61,582 bases of DNA from positions 1 to 61,582 of the forward strand of contig JARXKM010000002.1 of NCBI GenBank assembly GCA_030272785.1, in the 5' to 3' direction. The notes below the pieces were generated by a model. That model saw only the letters and a list, made by a program, of their open reading frames with translations. It searched no databases and had not been told where the DNA came from. Positions 11,341 through 20,752 of the stretch are shown piece by piece (position 1 is the stretch's first letter; each line of letters opens with the position of its first letter). Made by a program: the position numbers and the translations under genes. The stretch comes from Pseudomonadota bacterium (lineage in GTDB: Bacteria > Pseudomonadota > Gammaproteobacteria > Burkholderiales > Burkholderiaceae_D).

Positions 11341-13718
11341 GCCGCCGGTGCGGCCGCGCGGCGAACATGGCGCGCCGCCGGCCGCGTTGCGTGCGCCGGA
11401 CGCAGAGCCGCCGCGCATGCCACCAGGAAGAACAGCAGGGTCAGGCGCGGCACGTCGAACAGGCTGTCGAACGCGCCGATGCAAAGAAAGCCGGCCAGTG
11501 CCGCCAGGTAGACGGCCGCCATGTCTTCGCCGTCGATGGCGCGCAGCACCAGGTCGGCGCCGAGATAGAGCAGCAGCAGCGCCAGCGCCGTCAGGCCGGC
11601 CCAGCCCTGCTCGAAAAACAGGTTGACCGCGACATTCTTGATATGCCACGGCATGTGGTCATGATCGCTGCTGAAGAACCAGGCGGTGTTGGCGCGGGCG
11701 AAATCACCATTGCGCAACAGGTCGGCGCCGCCACCCGCCGGGCGCAGGCTCACATTTGCGACGTCGATCGTCATGGCGGCGCCCTGCAGCGAAAATTCCA
11801 GTTGCACCGGACGCAGGTTCAGGTGGTCCGCCGGCACCGTCAGTGCGGCCTCGTAGTGGGTCCAGCCCGGGGCGCCGGATTTGCCCAGCGGCGCCGCGAC
11901 ACAGGCCTGCGAATACAGCATCCAGCGTTCGCACAGCGCGAACATGACGATGCCCTTGCCTTGGTGCGGCCGGATGTCGGCGCCCAGCCGGTAGCTGGCG
12001 CCGGCGACGACATCGACCCGCTGCAGCAGGCGCACCACTTGGTCGTGGCCGATTGCGTGCTGCGGCGCGCCGAGGCGCAGGAACGGCTTGCCGGCCTCGG
12101 CTTCGTAGCGGAAGGAACCGGGCAGCTCGCCGTTCCAGTTGCGCGCAGTGTAGACGTCGGGATAGCGTCCCAGTCCCATGCCGAACAGGGCGGTGGGGCT
12201 ATCCTGATCCATCATGCCGACCGCTTCGCGCCAGTGACGCAGGCGCATGTCGATGTCGGTGCCCACCGTGGCGAAGCGCTCGCCCATGAAGTAACTCGAG
12301 GACAGCGGGATCACCGTGATCATGGCGATGGCCGCGCACAGCAGCGCGGTCAGGCTGGTGCGGTCCAGCCGCACCAGCGGTTCGGCGCGCAGGCGGCTGG
12401 CCGCCAGGCCGGCGGCTGCCAGCAGCGCGACGGCGGCGATATCGGCCGCGGCGCCGCCGCCGCCCCAGTGGAAGGCGACCAGTCCGGCGCCCAGCGCCAG
12501 CGCGGGCAACGCGGCGGCGGCAAGCGCGGCGCCGCGCCGGCGCGCGACCATCGACACGGCACCGGCGCCGAACGCGGCGGCGGCGATGGCAAAGCCGAGG
12601 TAGGCGCCCTTGTCGACCCGGGCGGCCAGCAGTGCCGTCGTGGCCAGCAGCAGCAACGCCGCGCCCGCCACCAGCGGGCGGCGCGCCAGCCGGCCCGGCG
12701 CGCCCGCCAGCACGAAGCTGGCCGCCAGCAGCGTCAGCGCGCACGCCAGGCCGCGGTAGCCGCCGCTGGCGAACACGCGCGCCAGCGTCCAGCCGGTGAC
12801 GGCCAACAGCGCGGCGATGGCCAGCGCGCTGCCGGCATGCAGCCGGCCGTGCCGCGCGCGGCGGGCCAGCAGCAGCGCACCGACGATCGCGCCCGACATC
12901 CCGTAGGCAACATAGATGTCGCGCGAAAACAGCGCCAGGCCCGCGTAGCTGCCCAGCAGCAGTAGCAGCAGTCCGGCCGCCAGTTCAATCCGGGTGCGCG
13001 GTCCGACCAGCCAGGCGGCGACGAACGGGAAGCTCAGCGCGAGATAGGCGTCGAGCGCGGCGCCGCCGGTGTGCATCGCCGAAAACATCCCGGTCGGCCG
13101 GTAGTCGCTGGCGAAATTGCTCAGCCCGGGAAACAGCGCGCGCTCGGTCATGACGGCGATGGCGGCGCCGGCCAGCCCGAGCAGCATGCCGGGCACGAAC
13201 AGGCGCCGCAAGGACGCCAGCGCGGGGCCGGCGCCGCGCTGCAGCAGCGGCAGCAATAGCAGCGCCCAGGCCAGGCCCTTGGCGGTGCGCACACTGTTGT
13301 AACGGCTGGAATACGAGGCGAAGGCGTTGGCGTCGAGCGGCGCGATCGGGGTCGCGCCGATCCAGGCGGCGATCAGCCAGGCGGCCACCACCAACCCGAG
13401 CGACCAGGCGAACAACGGCGGCAACGCCGCGGGGCGGTCGTCGGCGCCGATGCGCGCATAGCCGACGGCGCAGGTTGCCAGCAACAGCAGGTCAAGCTCG
13501 TCGAGATAGTACCAGCCGGTCCATGGTGCCAGGTCGAGCACCGGCAGCAGCGCCGGCACGGCGATCAGCCAGGCATGCGGGCGCCACCACAGCAAGGCGC
13601 AGTAGGCGCACAGCGACACCGCCAGCAGCGCCTTGTCGAGCGGGTACAGCGCCGCCGCGCCGGCAAGGCCGGCCAGCAGCAGCGCGGCGGCGCATTTCGC
13701 CACAGCGGGCCGCATCAT
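11292..13718 (-). CDS. Large membrane protein with O-antigen ligase/Wzy_C-like features and a soluble insert
   Basis: Many TM segments, LFSRD, R..HW...ALFGMGLGRYP, HIKN..VNLFFEQGWAG; soluble domain with LLRNGDF. Confidence 0.7.
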   Translation of the reverse strand: MMRPAVAKCAAALLLAGLAGAAALYPLDKALLAVSLCAYCALLWWRPHAWLIAVPALLPVLDLAPWTGWYYLDELDLLLLATCAVGYARIGADDRPAALPPLFAWSLGLVVAAWLIAAWIGATPIAPLDANAFASYSSRYNSVRTAKGLAWALLLLPLLQRGAGPALASLRRLFVPGMLLGLAGAAIAVMTERALFPGLSNFASDYRPTGMFSAMHTGGAALDAYLALSFPFVAAWLVGPRTRIELAAGLLLLLLGSYAGLALFSRDIYVAYGMSGAIVGALLLARRARHGRLHAGSALAIAALLAVTGWTLARVFASGGYRGLACALTLLAASFVLAGAPGRLARRPLVAGAALLLLATTALLAARVDKGAYLGFAIAAAAFGAGAVSMVARRRGAALAAAALPALALGAGLVAFHWGGGGAAADIAAVALLAAAGLAASRLRAEPLVRLDRTSLTALLCAAIAMITVIPLSSSYFMGERFATVGTDIDMRLRHWREAVGMMDQDSPTALFGMGLGRYPDVYTARNWNGELPGSFRYEAEAGKPFLRLGAPQHAIGHDQVVRLLQRVDVVAGASYRLGADIRPHQGKGIVMFALCERWMLYSQACVAAPLGKSGAPGWTHYEAALTVPADHLNLRPVQLEFSLQGAAMTIDVANVSLRPAGGGADLLRNGDFARANTAWFFSSDHDHMPWHIKNVAVNLFFEQGWAGLTALALLLLYLGADLVLRAIDGEDMAAVYLAALAGFLCIGAFDSLFDVPRLTLLFFLVACAAALRPAHATRPAARHVRRAAAPAAQRVPARQAENSSNAP

Positions 13719-14362
13719 TTGGCCGGCGCGTCATCCCATTTGCCGACCGCCTTGAGCTGGTTCTTCAGACCCGGCAAGGGGAAGCCGAGTCCGTACGCCT
13801 TCTTCGCGTAGGCCAGCGCCTGGTCGTACTTCTTCGCCTTCATCGAGGCGAGACCGGCATTGTAGTTGATGATCGGATTGTCCGGTTCGAGGTCGACGGC
13901 GCGCAGGAATTCCGCGTTGGCCTGCTCGGTCTTGCCATGCGTGGCCAGGTGGTTGGCATACACCGCGTGCACCATGCCGTCGTCGGGCGCAAACGTGATG
14001 GCGCGCAGGAAATAGCAGTCGACCGGGTAGTTGGCCCCGCGCACCTGCGGCGCTTTCTCGATCACCCCCTGGCGCGACATGGTGGCCAGCGCCCGGGGAT
14101 GATTCGGCCAGGCCCGCAGCGTGTAGTCGACGTCACCGCCCACATACCCGGTTTTTCCTTTGATATTTTGCTCGACCTCGGTGGTGAAGTGCGCGCCCTC
14201 GACAATGTTGATCTCATAAGGAAGCAATGGTGCCTTCCGATAATCGAACGGTCCGAAACCGTTTTTCAGCTCGCCGCAAATCTTGACCGGGCCCTGCGCG
14301 TAGCTGTTGGCACCGGCGATCATGCCGAGCGTTACTGCAAAATAGGCCAATCTGCGTGTCAT
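13715..14362 (-). CDS. Exported TPR-repeat protein
   Basis: Signal peptide, GPFDY..VE.AHF, TPR helices (AVDLEPDNPIINYNAGL); GGAG RBS before ATG 14362. Confidence 0.8.
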   Translation of the reverse strand: MTRRLAYFAVTLGMIAGANSYAQGPVKICGELKNGFGPFDYRKAPLLPYEINIVEGAHFTTEVEQNIKGKTGYVGGDVDYTLRAWPNHPRALATMSRQGVIEKAPQVRGANYPVDCYFLRAITFAPDDGMVHAVYANHLATHGKTEQANAEFLRAVDLEPDNPIINYNAGLASMKAKKYDQALAYAKKAYGLGFPLPGLKNQLKAVGKWDDAPAK

Positions 14363-14456
14363 CGCCAGCTCCAAAGGTTATACCGAAATGCCAACATGGC
14401 AGGAATCATGCACTTTTCTATGGCGGGAAGCAATCGTGCCGATCGCGCGCACCCGC

Positions 14457-15320
14457 TTACCACGAGGATATCCACTGCGCGGTCCACGCGGCCACCTGGT
14501 CACGCCACGCCTGGCGCGAAAAGGTATGGTCGGCCCCCGCCAGGCGCCGCTCGGTCACGCGCGCGCCGGCCAGTTGTTGCTGCCACTGCGCCGAGCCTTT
14601 GACCATCTCGAGGAATTCCTGCGCCGTCAGGTCGATCGGGCAGAGGATCAGCAGCACCTTGCCATGGAAGGCGGCCAGGCCGGCGAGCATGCGCTCGGGC
14701 AGCGCCAGCGCGGCGTCACCGCCGCCGCCGTTACTGTTGCCGCCGCCGGCGGCCGCCCGCACCAGGCGCAGCAGCGAACCCACCGCCGCGCGGAAATCGA
14801 ACTTGCCGGCGGCGATCTTGCGCCACAGGCCGGGGGCCAACAAGCGGCCGCGGTAATAGTGCTTGAGGGTCGCCTTGGCGAGGCCGTCGGTTGTGCGCGC
14901 CCAGGGATTGAGCAGCACCAGGCCGACCACGCGGGCGTCGGTGGCGGCGTAAAACAAGGCCGCCGAGGCGGCGTCGCACAAGCCCCACACGACCACTTCG
15001 GCCAGCCCGGCGACGGCGCCGGTCATGAAGTCGACCGCGGCGCGCAGGTCGGCGTCGACCTGCGCGAAGTCGCGCGCCGCGCCCTCGCTGTCGCCCATGC
15101 CGCGGTAGTCGAAACGCAGCACGGCGATGCCTTGCGCCGCCAGGCTGCGCGCCAGCAGCGTGAACTGGCGATGACTGCCGACGCGGTACTGCGGGCCGCC
15201 GACGACCACCAGCACACCGCGCCGCGCCGGCTGCTGCGGCAGGCTCAGGATGCCCATGAGTTGGTCGTCCTGGCAGGCGAACGTGACGGCGTGTTCGTCA
15301 AATAGCATGGCGTCTTTCAT
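14457..15320 (-). CDS. Hydrolase 1, exosortase A system-associated (alpha/beta fold)
   Basis: VGGPQYRVGSHRQF, RFDYRGMGDS, GLCDAA nucleophile elbow, ADHTFS; ATGA overlap with hydrolase 2. Confidence 0.9.
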   Translation of the reverse strand: MKDAMLFDEHAVTFACQDDQLMGILSLPQQPARRGVLVVVGGPQYRVGSHRQFTLLARSLAAQGIAVLRFDYRGMGDSEGAARDFAQVDADLRAAVDFMTGAVAGLAEVVVWGLCDAASAALFYAATDARVVGLVLLNPWARTTDGLAKATLKHYYRGRLLAPGLWRKIAAGKFDFRAAVGSLLRLVRAAAGGGNSNGGGGDAALALPERMLAGLAAFHGKVLLILCPIDLTAQEFLEMVKGSAQWQQQLAGARVTERRLAGADHTFSRQAWRDQVAAWTAQWISSW

Positions 15321-16162
15321 GGTGCGTGCTCGAACACGGCCGACGTCGCTGCCAGTAACGCCGGGCATTCGGTGATCTCCTGCGCGGACCAGAATGCCGG
15401 GCAGGGCAGCGCGTGCAGCGCGAAATCGGCGCCGGCCGCCTGCCAGCCTTGCGCGACGCGGGCCGCGCCCGGCGGCACTGCCTGGCCGGCGCCGCCCACC
15501 GCTTCGAACCAGTCGACCTTGACGCCGCGCGGCGTCAGCGCGCTCATCTCGAGCGCATCGATCGCCAGCGCCAGCGGCGCGGCCAGCGCGTAGCCGGCGA
15601 TTTCAAGTGTCGCGCCCGCGTGCAGTTGCGCGCGCAAGGCCTGGGTGCTGGTGCCGGCTTGCCCGCCTTCATTGAGCATCTCGTTGGCCACGCGCAGGCG
15701 CAGAAACTGGGTCAGCATCGTCTTGCCGCTCTGTACCGGCTGCCACAGCGCCAGCGCGTGCACCGGCGCGACCGGTTCGGCGGCGTAATCGAGTGCCAGC
15801 AGGGCCCCCAGGCGCAGGCCCCACAGGCTCACCGGCGCCGGCAGGCGCTGTTGCAGCCAGCGGTGCGCGCAGGCCAGGTCGCGCTTCCAGATGTCCCAGC
15901 GCGCGTCGGCGAAGTCGCCGCTGCTGTCGCCGCAGCCGTACAGGTCGATCAGCAGCACGCCATAGCCGAGCGCGGACAGGGCGCGCGCCTGCAGCGCCGC
16001 CATGCGGCGCGACTTGTTCATTTCCTCGGCGAACGGCGGGACGTACAGAATCGCGCCGCGGCACGGCCCGTCAGCCGGCGGATAATAAATGCACAGCCGC
16101 TGACCGGGGTCGGCGGCGAGGAAAAACGGCGCCGCGCGCACGCCACGTGCAGCGTCGGTCAT
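15317..16162 (-). CDS. Hydrolase 2, exosortase A system-associated (alpha/beta fold)
   Basis: PPFAEEMNKSRR, DLYGCGDSSGDF, WGLRLG, LEIAGY. Confidence 0.9.
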   Translation of the reverse strand: MTDAARGVRAAPFFLAADPGQRLCIYYPPADGPCRGAILYVPPFAEEMNKSRRMAALQARALSALGYGVLLIDLYGCGDSSGDFADARWDIWKRDLACAHRWLQQRLPAPVSLWGLRLGALLALDYAAEPVAPVHALALWQPVQSGKTMLTQFLRLRVANEMLNEGGQAGTSTQALRAQLHAGATLEIAGYALAAPLALAIDALEMSALTPRGVKVDWFEAVGGAGQAVPPGAARVAQGWQAAGADFALHALPCPAFWSAQEITECPALLAATSAVFEHAP

Positions 16163-16407
16163 GCCGCCAGTTTGTCCTGCACGAAAGCGGCCAGGGTGCC
16201 GAGCGTTTCGAAAGTGCTGGCGCTGATTTCGTCGTCCTCGACGACGATGCCGAAGTGCTCCTCGAGGGCGGTGATCAGGTTGACCACGGCCATCGAATCG
16301 AGTTCCGGGATGCTGCCCAGCAATGGCGAGCTCTCCGTCAGCGCGGCTTTGGCGTCGCCCAGGCTGAGCACGTCGCCGAGGATATTTCTGATTTCTTCAA
16401 GATACAT
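16159..16407 (-). CDS. Acyl carrier protein
   Basis: 82 aa, acidic, LDSMAVV phosphopantetheine Ser, LEEHFGI; GGAG RBS. Confidence 0.92.
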   Translation of the reverse strand: MYLEEIRNILGDVLSLGDAKAALTESSPLLGSIPELDSMAVVNLITALEEHFGIVVEDDEISASTFETLGTLAAFVQDKLAA

Positions 16408-16499
16408 GCAAGCTCCGAAATGGGGCCCGGCGGTGCGCGCGGACCATGATAGTGAGAGGCACGCGCTGTGCGCGCGCATTGTTTCAATTTACATATCGG

Positions 16500-16527
16500 C
16501 AGTATAACCGCGCCAGTATAACCGCGC
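16500..16527 (-). repeat. Two perfect 14-bp direct repeats (CAGTATAACCGCGC), each reading TATACT on the minus strand
   Basis: 16500-16513 and 16514-16527 are identical; a degenerate third copy follows; upstream of the ACP operon. Confidence 0.7.
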
Positions 16528-16568
16528 AGCCGGTAACCGCGTGGCCGGGCGCGGCGCCATCCTGCCGC

Positions 16569-17591
16569 CTAGACAGTATTGCCGCGGCGGGCCAGGTTCT
16601 GCATCAGCCTGACCGTAAAGCGCAACTGGTCCTGGTTCCATGGGGTGAAGCGCGGCAGCTGGAACAGGTCGCCGCCCGGCCGCGCCGCGCCCCACGAGGT
16701 GCAGACGGCAGCGTCGAAGCCGAGGCTGCGGACGATGTCGACGTGCTCGGCCTGATAGTCCTGGCCCGGGATGCCGTTCGGGTAGGCGAACAGGCGCACC
16801 GGCGCACCGATCAGTTGTTCCAGTTGCGCCTTGCCGGCGGCGATTTCGTCGCGCGCGCCGGCCGCGCTCATGCGCGCGAGGATAGGATGGCTGACCGTGT
16901 GGCCGCCGATTTCCATGCCGGCGGCGTGCAGGCGGCGCAACTGGTCGGTGCGCATCATCAGGTCGTCCGGCAGCGCAATGCCGACCAGCTCGGTGAGGGC
17001 GGCGATCTTGTCTTCGCGCTCGGCCAGCGGCAAGTATTTGAGCTGGTCGAGCAGGGCGCCGACCGCCTGGCGCCGGCTGCCCCAGCTGTCGAGCGTGTAG
17101 CGCCCCAGCTGCAGCGGCGTGAGGTCGAGCTGTGCTGGCGCGCGCCGGACCAGCTCGATGACGGTGTCGTTGAACATCCGGCCGCCGTCGAGGAAGCCGG
17201 TGGCGACGAAAAACGTCGCCGGCAGCGCATGGCGCTGCAGCAGCGGCAGCGCGATCTCGGCATTGTCGGCGTAGCCGTCGTCGAACGTGATGCAGGCCGC
17301 GCGCGGCGGCAGGCTGTCGTGGCGCAGGCCATGCACCGCTTCGCTGAGCGAAATGACGTTGAAGCTGCGTTTCAGGTAGCGCAAATGCTGCTCGAATCGC
17401 TGCGCATCGACTTCGGCCGGGAACAGCGGGTCGGGCGCGGCCAGCACCCGGTGGTAGATCAGGATCGACAGCCGCTTGCGCAGCGGACTGAGCGACACGG
17501 CGCGCGCCAGCGCCTGGCAGGCCAGCGACGCCAGCGCGGCGTTGGCGCCGGGCGCCGGCACGGCCGGCGGGGAAGATCGGGCTATCAGCAT
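16569..17591 (-). CDS. Polysaccharide deacetylase (CE4/NodB-like)
   Basis: LIYHRV, ITFDDGYAD, IGGHTVSHP, FAYPNG. Confidence 0.9.
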   Translation of the reverse strand: MLIARSSPPAVPAPGANAALASLACQALARAVSLSPLRKRLSILIYHRVLAAPDPLFPAEVDAQRFEQHLRYLKRSFNVISLSEAVHGLRHDSLPPRAACITFDDGYADNAEIALPLLQRHALPATFFVATGFLDGGRMFNDTVIELVRRAPAQLDLTPLQLGRYTLDSWGSRRQAVGALLDQLKYLPLAEREDKIAALTELVGIALPDDLMMRTDQLRRLHAAGMEIGGHTVSHPILARMSAAGARDEIAAGKAQLEQLIGAPVRLFAYPNGIPGQDYQAEHVDIVRSLGFDAAVCTSWGAARPGGDLFQLPRFTPWNQDQLRFTVRLMQNLARRGNTV

Positions 17592-17605
17592 GATGAGGGG
17601 CAGGG

Positions 17606-18913
17606 TTAGGAGGATGACCTCGCCGCGTGGGCGACGAGCGGTGCGGGGCGGGCTGTGGCGGGCAGCAATTTACTGCCGGTGGCGGCGAGTTCCTGTTCGA
17701 CCAGGCGGCCGGTGACGACCATGATCGCCATCAGATAGTACGGCACGTCGAAATACAGCAGGCTGAGGAAGGCGCCGCCGGTGCCGAAGCCGATCATGCT
17801 CACTTGCAGCATGGTCGCCAGGGTCGCCGCCCATTTCAGGTCGGGCCGCAGCGCCGTCGACTTGACGATCCTGGTGCCGGTGCGCCACACCTGCAGCCCG
17901 AGCAGCAGGTACAGGGCCAGCCCGACGAAGCCGTGTTCGCCCAGCACCTGGAAGTACAGGCTGTGCGCGGCGTGAATATCGGTCGGCACCGGCGCGTAGC
18001 GGGCGAAAGTGGACTCGTCATATATGTCGAAGCCACCGCCCACCAGCGGCCGGTCGGATGCCAGGTTGAACGTCATCGTCCATGCGTTGATGCGGCCCTG
18101 GGCCGAATCGTCGGACTTATACTCCTTGACCGAATCCATGCGCTGCATCCATTGGGCCGGCATGAACGCCAGCGCGGCCGGGATGACCAGCACCATGATC
18201 AGCCCGAGTTTCGCCTTGTGCGCACTTTTCAGCCACAGGAACAGTACCATTGCCGAGATGCCGAGCATGGCGCCGCGCGAATAGGATCCGATCGCCGCCA
18301 TGGCGCACAGCACGGTGGCGGCGCCGAGCGCGTAGCGATGCCAGCGCTTGGTCGCCTCGAGGAACAGATAATAAAAGACCGGGATGACCGTGATCAGGCC
18401 GAGCGCGATTTCGTTATTGCCTTCGATGAAGGTGCCTTCCGGACCCCACACCCGGAAACTGCCGCCGCTGAGGACGGTGAATGCGCCGCCCTTGACGCCG
18501 TAATAGCCGAGCGAGCCGACCAGTACCCAGATCAGCAAGTGGATCTGGCGCTTGGTCTTGACCACCATCAGCGTCACGCCGGTCATCAAGGCGATCTTCA
18601 GGAAGCGCATCAGCAGTTCGGTGGTCGGATGCAGCGCGAACAGCTCGCCGAACGCCATCCAGAACGTCAGCGCGAAAAAGGTCGCCACGACGGGCGTGAA
18701 CGGCAGCCGCTTGGGATCCTTGGTAAACAGCACCCCGGCCAGCGTGACGCCGGCGATGATGGCGGCGAACGGGAAATCGTAGGCGAAGCCCCAGCTGAGG
18801 CGGTGCGGGTTCATCACGCTCATCCAGACCCACATGAGGACGCCGATGTACGGCCGCTTGAAGGCGAACGGCAACGAAGCGAACACGATCAGGGTGATGA
18901 TGATGTCTCTCAT
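17606..18913 (-). CDS. Putative O-glycosylation ligase, exosortase A system-associated
   Basis: MRDI start, MNPHRL.WGF, SYSRGA, AAHSLYFQVLGEHGFVG. Confidence 0.9.
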   Translation of the reverse strand: MRDIIITLIVFASLPFAFKRPYIGVLMWVWMSVMNPHRLSWGFAYDFPFAAIIAGVTLAGVLFTKDPKRLPFTPVVATFFALTFWMAFGELFALHPTTELLMRFLKIALMTGVTLMVVKTKRQIHLLIWVLVGSLGYYGVKGGAFTVLSGGSFRVWGPEGTFIEGNNEIALGLITVIPVFYYLFLEATKRWHRYALGAATVLCAMAAIGSYSRGAMLGISAMVLFLWLKSAHKAKLGLIMVLVIPAALAFMPAQWMQRMDSVKEYKSDDSAQGRINAWTMTFNLASDRPLVGGGFDIYDESTFARYAPVPTDIHAAHSLYFQVLGEHGFVGLALYLLLGLQVWRTGTRIVKSTALRPDLKWAATLATMLQVSMIGFGTGGAFLSLLYFDVPYYLMAIMVVTGRLVEQELAATGSKLLPATARPAPLVAHAARSSS

Positions 18914-19174
18914 TGATCACTCAAATAATTTATTGGGAGCATTTGTTTGAACTTTTGAACGGCGCACGTTGCATTCGCGTTGCATCGGCTTGCCTGCAAT
19001 ACTGTACAAGGGTTTTTCCCGCTAGAATGTAACGGTCAGGCAGACGCTAGCGCATTATCGTCGATACCTGGCGCTTGCGGCGCTCCCAAGAAATATTTTT
19101 CGCCAGACACGGTGAATATTAAAATGATAATGATATCATGTGCCGCGCTTGGCGCATGACCCCTCAAGGCCCCC

Positions 19175-20752
19175 ATGAGTAATTTGATACACGAATTCAT
19201 TTTCCGCTCGGCGACGCGCACGCCGCAAGCCGAAGCCCTGGTCTACGGCACCAGCCGGCTCGATTACGCTACCCTCGCCGGCGGCGTCGACGGCGCGGCG
19301 CAAGCCTTGCTGGCGGCCGGCCTCGGGCGCGGCGAACGGGTCGCGGTGTACCTGGAAAAGCGCATCGAAAACGTGCTCGCCATGTTCGGCGCGGCCGCCG
19401 CCGGCGGCGTGTTCGTGCCGGTCAATCCGCTGCTCAAGCCCGAGCAGGTCGGCTACATCCTGGCCGACTGCAATGTGCGGGTGCTGGTCACCTCGGTCGA
19501 CCGGCTCAAGCTGCTGGCGCCGGCGCTGGCCGCCTGTCCCGACCTGCACACGGTGCTGGTGGTCGGCGCCGGCGCACTGCCGGCGCTGCCCGGCGTCACG
19601 CTGCAGGCCTGGGACGGGCCGGCCCCGGCGCCGCGCGCGCCGCACCGCGTGATCGATACCGACATGGCGGCGATTCTGTATACCTCCGGCAGCACCGGCA
19701 AGCCGAAGGGCGTCGTGCTGTCGCACCGCAACATGGTGGCCGGCGCCGACAGCGTCGCCAGCTACCTGGGCAACACGGCGGCCGATCGCCTGCTGGCGGT
19801 GCTGCCGCTCAGCTTCGACTACGGCCTGTCGCAGCTGACCACCGCCTTCAGCGTCGGCGCCACCGTCGTGCTGATCAACCACCTGCTGGCGCGCGACGTG
19901 CTCAAGGCGGTCGTCGCGGAGCGCGTCACCGGCCTGGCTGCCGTGCCGCCGCTGTGGATCCAGCTGGCGGCGCTGCCGTGGCCGGCCGACTGCAGCTTGC
20001 GCTATCTGACCAATTCCGGCGGCGCGCTGCAGCGCCCCACGCTCGACGCCCTGCGTGCCGCGCTGCCAAACGCCAAGCCGTTCCTGATGTACGGCCTGAC
20101 CGAGGCGTTCCGTTCGACCTACCTGCCGCCCGACGAAGCCGAGCGGCGCCCCGATTCGATGGGCAAGGCGATTCCGAACGCCGAAGTGATGGTGCTGCGC
20201 GCCGACGGCAGCGCATGCGATGCGGGCGAGCCGGGCGAGCTGGTGCACCGCGGCGCACTGGTGTCGCTCGGCTACTGGAACGACCCGGCCAAGACGGCCG
20301 AGCGCTTCAAGCCGTTCGTGTCGGTGCACCAGGGCCTGGTGCTCACCGAGATGGCGGTGTGGTCGGGCGACACCGTGCGCAAGGACGCCGACGGTTTCCT
20401 CTACTTCATCAGCCGCAACGATGAAATGATCAAGACGTCCGGCTACCGGGTCAGCCCGAGCGAGGTCGAAGAAGTGGTCTACGCGCGCGAGCACGTGGCC
20501 GAGGCGGCGGCGATCGGCGTCGCCCATCCCGCGCTGGGCCAGGCGATCGTGGTGATCGCCTATCCGAAGGAAGGCGCCGCGCTGACGGCGGCCGAGCTGC
20601 TGGCCGCCTGCAAGCCGCACCTGCCGGCCTACATGCTGCCGGCCAAGGTCGTGATGGCCGACGCCAGCCTGCCGCGCAACCCGAACGGCAAGATCGACCG
20701 CAAGCTGCTCAGCTTGCAATACGAAAACACTTTTATGGAAACTACCCAATGA
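19175..20752 (+). CDS. Acyl-CoA ligase (AMP-forming), exosortase A system-associated
   Basis: YTSGSTGKPKG, PLSFDYG, YGLTEAFRS, SGD, IKTSGYRVSP, PNGKIDR. Confidence 0.92.
   Translation: MSNLIHEFIFRSATRTPQAEALVYGTSRLDYATLAGGVDGAAQALLAAGLGRGERVAVYLEKRIENVLAMFGAAAAGGVFVPVNPLLKPEQVGYILADCNVRVLVTSVDRLKLLAPALAACPDLHTVLVVGAGALPALPGVTLQAWDGPAPAPRAPHRVIDTDMAAILYTSGSTGKPKGVVLSHRNMVAGADSVASYLGNTAADRLLAVLPLSFDYGLSQLTTAFSVGATVVLINHLLARDVLKAVVAERVTGLAAVPPLWIQLAALPWPADCSLRYLTNSGGALQRPTLDALRAALPNAKPFLMYGLTEAFRSTYLPPDEAERRPDSMGKAIPNAEVMVLRADGSACDAGEPGELVHRGALVSLGYWNDPAKTAERFKPFVSVHQGLVLTEMAVWSGDTVRKDADGFLYFISRNDEMIKTSGYRVSPSEVEEVVYAREHVAEAAAIGVAHPALGQAIVVIAYPKEGAALTAAELLAACKPHLPAYMLPAKVVMADASLPRNPNGKIDRKLLSLQYENTFMETTQ

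Noticed and set aside
14397-14412. Sigma54-like TGGCAGGAATCATGCA on the plus strand
   Set aside because: Points antisense into hydrolase 1 with no downstream gene or enhancer; probably chance
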